From a virus: a DNA stretch of 39,064 nucleotides. The notes beneath the pieces were generated by a model, which had not been told where the DNA came from, searched no databases, and worked only from the letters and a program-made list of their open reading frames with translations. The stretch lies in IMG/VR virus record IMGVR_UViG_3300029951_000066. The stretch is one strand, 5' to 3'. Every line of letters begins with the position of its first letter. Within the stretch, counting starts at the first letter, position 1. Of the stretch, positions 34,679 to 39,064 are shown one piece after another. The position numbers and the translations under genes were made by a program.

Positions 34679-34992
34679 CATTAGACGGTGGATGGGCCCT
34701 GATCATATCAGGCATCCTAGTGATCGTCGTGGGAGGCGCTAGTGCTCTCATATGGCGCCATGTGGATAATGCACAAGGCGACGCGAATGAGGCCCGCAAG
34801 GAAGTTATAGAGCTTTTGAAAGAGATGCACAGGTTCAAGGAAGAGAGTCTGCGTTTCGAGACATACGTCGAAAAAACGTTTGCACGCGTCTCGGGGGTGG
34901 AGCGCATGGAGACGATTCTATCGGCAACGATGGTGCGCTTTGAAACGAAGCTGGATTCACTTCTAGGCCACAGAGTAACGACTCATGGCTAG
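34675..34992 (+). CDS. Membrane protein with one N-terminal TM helix and a coiled-coil domain (holin- or i-spanin-like)
   Basis: TM segment WALIISGILVIVVGGASALIW followed by a charged helical region; immediately upstream of the endolysin. Confidence 0.5.
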   Translation: MTLDGGWALIISGILVIVVGGASALIWRHVDNAQGDANEARKEVIELLKEMHRFKEESLRFETYVEKTFARVSGVERMETILSATMVRFETKLDSLLGHRVTTHG

Positions 34993-35494
34993 AATATCAA
35001 TCGACCTGGCAGGAGGCCAGAACCGAATTGCATTCTTGGATATGGTCGCAGGGAGCGAAGGCACTGTGACCGATCCTGCAACCCTGGACGATGGGTATGA
35101 TGTACTCGTAACTGGTATGAATGGACCGCAGCGGTTCGATAGCTACGCGTCGCACCCTGACGTGCTGGTGACAGTAAATACCAGCGGACTTCAATCTACT
35201 GCTGCGGGCCGGTATCAGCTTCTCTATCGATACTGGCTCGCGTACCAAGCGAACCTCAATTTGCCCGACTTCAGCCCGATCTCGCAGGATAGGATTGCAT
35301 TGCAGCAGATCAGGGAAAGAGGCGCTCTTCCATTTATCGATGCCGGTAATTTCCCGAAGGCAGTTTCTTTGTGCTCGAATATTTGGGCTAGCCTGCCCGG
35401 AAATGGGTACGGTCAGCATCAGAACACTATCGCGACGCTTATGTCAGCCTATCAGTTGGCTGGCGGCACTTTATCGGTCGGAGTTGCTTCATGA
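34985..35494 (+). CDS. Endolysin, lambda R-like lytic transglycosylase
   Basis: Strong motif-level match to lambda R: AFLDMVAGSEGT, GYDVLVTG, AAGRYQLLYRYWLAY, DFSPISQDRIALQQIRERGALPFIDAG, CSNIWASLPGNGYGQ. Confidence 0.9.
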   Translation: MARISIDLAGGQNRIAFLDMVAGSEGTVTDPATLDDGYDVLVTGMNGPQRFDSYASHPDVLVTVNTSGLQSTAAGRYQLLYRYWLAYQANLNLPDFSPISQDRIALQQIRERGALPFIDAGNFPKAVSLCSNIWASLPGNGYGQHQNTIATLMSAYQLAGGTLSVGVAS

Positions 35495-35706
35495 ATTCAA
35501 CCATAACAACATATATTGTTTCCTGCTTCCTATATAGCTTATGGGCGGCTCTCGTGATCTTGGGCAAGGCAGACTCACAACCGCTTACGATCGCGCTAGG
35601 GGCTGGTGTAGCCACCTTGCTGGGCTTCCACGGCGCATACCAAGCAATCACTAAACTCCAAGCGGTCGAGCCAGACCCTTTGGCCCAGGCCGGTGCGCAG
35701 AAATAG
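35491..35706 (+). CDS. Small two-TM membrane protein (holin-like)
   Basis: Two hydrophobic helices in 71 aa; ATGA overlap with the endolysin; GGAG RBS. Confidence 0.5.
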   Translation: MNSTITTYIVSCFLYSLWAALVILGKADSQPLTIALGAGVATLLGFHGAYQAITKLQAVEPDPLAQAGAQK

Positions 35707-35762
35707 ACGAGACCGGCAAAAAAGTTTTTCCGCAGTCCAACCCTAGTAAAGAGGTGATCACC

Positions 35763-36149
35763 ATGTCCAGCACCACTGCATCATCGATTTTCGCGCAACT
35801 CGCGCAACTCGCCGCATCGGAAGCATTTCCGCCTGTGCTGACGCTCGTCAATTCGACGCTGGCAGATATCGAAGCCAATCCCGCAGAATGGGTGAACCCT
35901 GCATCCGCCACGATCAAAGGAACCGCATTCGTTGCGAATCTGGTAGCTACCCTGCCCGCCATCGAAAACGCCGCTGTTCCGGCCGCTGCTCAGCTCATCA
36001 GTGCCGCGCTCGCCGCCATCAGCGCAAAGCTAGCGGCTCCCGGCGCGCTCACCCCGACTTCGGTGGGAACCGCAATTGGCAACGACATCACCGGCACGGC
36101 TGCTGCGACTCCAGCACCCGCTGCTGTCGCCGGTATCGCAGCGAGCTAA
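35763..36149 (+). CDS. Ala-rich hypothetical protein
   Basis: ORF from ATG at 35763 with AAAGAGG RBS. Confidence 0.45.
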   Translation: MSSTTASSIFAQLAQLAASEAFPPVLTLVNSTLADIEANPAEWVNPASATIKGTAFVANLVATLPAIENAAVPAAAQLISAALAAISAKLAAPGALTPTSVGTAIGNDITGTAAATPAPAAVAGIAAS

Positions 36150-36152
36150 GCC

Positions 36153-36626
36153 ATGGGTGCCGTAACCTTCCAATTCGTCGAGGGGAGGGGCCTCAGCTCC
36201 TCTCTAATTGAATGGTTTGATCACGACCGTTACTCTCATGTCGATCTCGTCTTGCGAGACGGCACGTTGCTAGGCGCCCGCGACGATATGATTCTAGGCA
36301 TACCGGCAGGTGTGCAGATTCGCCCGTCCAGTTATGTGGACGGGGAATCAGTTCTCAGGGTGTCGGTGCCGTGCACAGACGAGCAGGAAGCGGCGTTCTA
36401 CGCCTATGCTCAAGAACAGGTGGGGAAGCCATATGACCAAGAAGCCATTGCCGCCTTTGTGGTGGGTCGGAATTGGCGCGATCCTAACGACTGGTACTGC
36501 TCTGAGCTGGGCGCTGCTTGCACTGAGAAAAGCGGGATTGTTCCGCCGTTGATTGCGCCTTGCAACAAGATAGCGCCTGGAGATTTGGCGCTGCTTTTGT
36601 CTGCTCTGGTTGAGATTCAGCCGTGA
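36153..36626 (+). CDS. Putative permuted papain-fold cysteine peptidase (YiiX/C92-like), possible second cell-wall hydrolase
   Basis: His-then-Cys order (YSHVDLVL ... WYCSELGAAC) reminiscent of the permuted NlpC/P60-like amidase family. Confidence 0.45.
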   Translation: MGAVTFQFVEGRGLSSSLIEWFDHDRYSHVDLVLRDGTLLGARDDMILGIPAGVQIRPSSYVDGESVLRVSVPCTDEQEAAFYAYAQEQVGKPYDQEAIAAFVVGRNWRDPNDWYCSELGAACTEKSGIVPPLIAPCNKIAPGDLALLLSALVEIQP

Positions 36627-37108
36627 TTAGCGAACTCTCCGTGAAGTCTTTCCCTGGCCTCATGAAGAGCGTTGCCAGCCTCTTCCTTCGATATGAAATA
36701 TCCCACGCATTTTTGCTTCCCATTGGATTGAAGTCGAGCTACCCATCTCGCACTGTATTTATGCCAAAACACTCCTTTTATTCCAGAAGTGTTATCAGTT
36801 CTAATCGACGCGTTTTGGGCGTTCTGCGAGTGTGTAGCATGCCTCAGATTAAAGAAGCTATCGTCCGATCTGCAGGTATTGCGATGGTCTATTTCATGTT
36901 CAGGGAAGACGCCGGTCATATATAACCAGGCGAGCCTGTTGGCCTTGTAGTTTTTGTTATCGACCATGATCTTTCTGTAGCCATCCGGCTCTATTGATCC
37001 TGCTAGATCGCCAGGCTTCAGACGATTAGAGGAAGGCTTGACCCAAGTGAATATCCCTGTTTCGGGATCATAGTGAAGGACTTCTTTTAGGCGTTCTTGA
37101 GTAAGCAT
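36617..37108 (-). CDS. HNH homing endonuclease with AP2-type DNA-binding domain (paralogue of the 10658 gene)
   Basis: Motifs ERLKEVLHYDPETGIFTW, EIDHRNTCRSDDSFFNLRHATHSQN, SGIKGVFWHK...VGYFISKEEAGNA; GGAG RBS at ATG 37108. Confidence 0.8.
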   Translation of the reverse strand: MLTQERLKEVLHYDPETGIFTWVKPSSNRLKPGDLAGSIEPDGYRKIMVDNKNYKANRLAWLYMTGVFPEHEIDHRNTCRSDDSFFNLRHATHSQNAQNASIRTDNTSGIKGVFWHKYSARWVARLQSNGKQKCVGYFISKEEAGNALHEARERLHGEFANHG

Positions 37109-37198
37109 TTGATCTCCGGTCAAGGAAGTCTGTGGTGTGCGGCAAGCGTTGACTAGACGCTGTTCGGATGCCTCCTAGCCGCACTAAAATCATACCAT

Positions 37199-37432
37199 TC
37201 AGTCGTCCGACTCGCCGCGCTCAACGTCTAGGGCGCGTATATCCGCTTTACGATGGTTGGTCTTAGTCACCTTGGTCTTAGTGCCAAGGTGGTACTTCCC
37301 GCAGACGTGGCAGCGATATGGCACGCGGCGCAGGCTATGGATCCGGTGCTTGCTGCGGTTTGTGACCTTCTTCGCTGCTTCGAGCGATTCGAAGGGCACC
37401 TTACCGATACATAGCTCTGCGTCGTCTTTCAT
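37199..37432 (-). CDS. Small Cys/His-rich basic protein (77 aa; YRCHVCGKYH)
   Basis: ORF in track; CxxC/H cluster. Confidence 0.45.
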   Translation of the reverse strand: MKDDAELCIGKVPFESLEAAKKVTNRSKHRIHSLRRVPYRCHVCGKYHLGTKTKVTKTNHRKADIRALDVERGESDD

Positions 37433-37713
37433 AGGAGTCCCTTTTCAGACATCTTGTGGCAGCATTGCCAACCGGCCATCCAGATTAGCCGGCTTAAAAT
37501 ACCTTGCTTCCATGCCGCATTTCTTCGGCTCGAGTCGCTGCTGATCACATGTTTCATATAAGCCACCACGCTTAGTTCCATCGACAGGATTATAGGTCAC
37601 AGGGGTAGGATTTTTCATGCATTGCGCAGCGACGAAAAATGCGAAACCTGGGAGTAGAATGCCGCCATCGCCTGATGATGACGCTTTGTAGTAAATTCAA
37701 TCTTTACAGAATT

Positions 37714-38010
37714 TCATAGTACCCAGCATATAAGTATCGCCAGCAGGGCGAACAAGCCCAATCTAACGAAGGTGTAAATTCGGTCGTCTTTGGCGTACGT
37801 TTCAGCGCGCCGCTTTTCCCAAGTCTCGTGATCACCACGCCGCTCTTTCGCCAACTTCCAGGCAGCGTAGGCTTCGACGGCTGTGCTGCCCGTACCTACA
37901 ACATCATCGCCGGGGATTGTGCACTCAAGCACTCCGCCGCCTATGTTGCAGTTGAACATCCCGACCAGCGAGTTGTAGTGCCAGCCTGCAGCTTGGATGT
38001 GGGGTTTCAT
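37714..38010 (-). CDS. Tail-anchored membrane protein (about 98 aa)
   Basis: ORF from internal ATG (MKPHIQ) overlapping the upstream stop (ATGA); C-terminal TM IYTFVRLGLFALLAILICWVL. Confidence 0.45.
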   Translation of the reverse strand: MKPHIQAAGWHYNSLVGMFNCNIGGGVLECTIPGDDVVGTGSTAVEAYAAWKLAKERRGDHETWEKRRAETYAKDDRIYTFVRLGLFALLAILICWVL

Positions 38011-38204
38011 TTCGGGTCTGCTCCGTAATAAGGAGGCCCAGCTTGCTGCCCTTGGTTCTGCACACGCTGCATATCTTCTGGCGATTGCACGGTATATAGG
38101 CCACCCCAATGGCGGTTGTGGTCCATGAAGTCTTCAAAATTCCGCCGCCGAGCCAATTCCATCTCTAGTTCGGAGACCGTAAAATTCGCGAGTTTGTTTT
38201 CCAT
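38007..38204 (-). CDS. Hypothetical small protein (65 aa)
   Basis: ORF with AAGGA RBS. Confidence 0.45.
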   Translation of the reverse strand: MENKLANFTVSELEMELARRRNFEDFMDHNRHWGGLYTVQSPEDMQRVQNQGQQAGPPYYGADPK

Positions 38205-38205
38205 T

Positions 38206-38532
38206 TCAAGATCCTTTGGTACGGGCAGCGTCGATAGCTTCGTCTACGGTTTCCGGCTTGAACTTAACGCCATGGAATGCCTTTCCCACTGAAAGGTAGA
38301 ATGCGCATATCCCCGGCTCGCTCTTATCGCGCAGCCACCTATACCGCTCTGCATCAACTGCTAGCGCCTCGACCGCCGAGCGGAGTTTCGCTATTGCTTC
38401 TCGGTGCTTTTTGGAATCAGCCCCAGGAACGTAGCCCATCAGAGGAATTGCCAGGGTCTCGCATTCAAAGGCCAAAAGCATAACCTGCTCGACCGTTGGC
38501 GCTACTGTGGGGTTGGGTGTTGGGGTGGTCAT
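38206..38532 (-). CDS. Hypothetical protein (108 aa)
   Basis: ORF; ATGA overlap with the methyltransferase stop. Confidence 0.5.
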   Translation of the reverse strand: MTTPTPNPTVAPTVEQVMLLAFECETLAIPLMGYVPGADSKKHREAIAKLRSAVEALAVDAERYRWLRDKSEPGICAFYLSVGKAFHGVKFKPETVDEAIDAARTKGS

Positions 38533-39053
38533 GATTTATCTCCATGCGCAGCGGTCTTCATAAAGACGAGCCAGTGTGTGAGCCCTTTGCGGCCGCTTAG
38601 ATGGCCAAAGAGCGGCTTGACCTCAGCCAACGCCAAAACCTCACTCACCTTGATCTGCGTTTCATTCCACTTGAAGATCAAAACGCCATCCACGGAGAGC
38701 ACGCGAAAGCACTCTGCGAAGCCTCTGCGTAGGTCGTCGCGCCAGTCGGGACCGAGTTGGCCATACTTAGCTGCCAACCAACTCTTGGCTCCAGCACGCA
38801 CCAAATGCGGCGGATCGAACGAAACCAGTTTGAAAGCGCCGTCCGAATACGGCAAAGCACGGAAATCCAGCATCACGTCAGGCTCAATGCGGAGCGTGCG
38901 CGTGCCGCTGTCGTTACCATGCGAGCGGTCAGTAACGGTCAGCACCTCGTGACGCTGGTCGCCAAAGATCACGCTCGGGTGCTGGCGGTCAAGCCACATC
39001 ATTCGTCCACCGCAGCACGGGTCGAGAATTGTCTTTTCGGCTACGTCGCTCAC
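38529..39053 (-). CDS. Small SAM-dependent DNA methyltransferase-like protein (amino-methyltransferase motifs I and IV), orphan; GTG start lies in the terminal repeat
   Basis: Motif I-like ILDPCCGG and motif IV-like DPPH (DPPY variant); GGAG RBS; no adjacent restriction endonuclease gene. Confidence 0.55.
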   Translation of the reverse strand: MSDVAEKTILDPCCGGRMMWLDRQHPSVIFGDQRHEVLTVTDRSHGNDSGTRTLRIEPDVMLDFRALPYSDGAFKLVSFDPPHLVRAGAKSWLAAKYGQLGPDWRDDLRRGFAECFRVLSVDGVLIFKWNETQIKVSEVLALAEVKPLFGHLSGRKGLTHWLVFMKTAAHGDKS

Positions 39054-39064
39054 GCTCCGCTCCC
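38938..39064. repeat. Terminal redundancy, copy 2 (identical to 1-127)
   Basis: Exact 127-nt identity with the window start. Confidence 0.9.

Noticed and set aside
1-39064. tRNA or rRNA genes
   Set aside because: No convincing T-loop (GTTCGAATC-like) or cloverleaf candidates were seen in the few intergenic regions on visual scan; not excluded without tRNAscan-type analysis.

Overview
The window reads as a complete, circularly assembled dsDNA phage genome of about 38.9 kb: bases 1-127 are identical to 38938-39064, so the unique sequence is 38,937 bp. It is GC-rich (roughly 60% by eye) with lower-GC islands. Layout: (i) a leftward, tightly translationally coupled early operon (about 6.9 kb to 0.1 kb, continuing across the junction to 36.6 kb) encoding a CI-like repressor, a protein with a 12-bp tandem-repeat tail, a PD-(D/E)XK nuclease, many small proteins, a 614-aa multidomain protein, a small DNA methyltransferase and an HNH endonuclease; (ii) a divergent cI/cro-like switch at about 7.2-7.3 kb with recognisable -35/-10 promoters; (iii) a rightward operon with replication genes (DUF1376-like, lambda P-like, RuvC-like), an HNH-AP2 endonuclease, a GroES-like co-chaperonin, terminase small and large subunits, portal, scaffold, major capsid, tail proteins, internal virion proteins (one with a lytic transglycosylase domain), a pectate-lyase-fold tailspike and a lysis cassette with a lambda R-like endolysin. 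Most notable: a lower-GC two-gene cargo inside the virion operon (Asp/Asn beta-hydroxylase-family oxygenase plus GNAT acetyltransferase), the tandem-repeat gene just downstream of the repressor, an ORF interrupted by an in-frame TGA, three HNH endonucleases (one antisense inside the virion operon), and no recognisable integrase. All calls rest on reading the ORF translations and motifs by eye; no database search was run.
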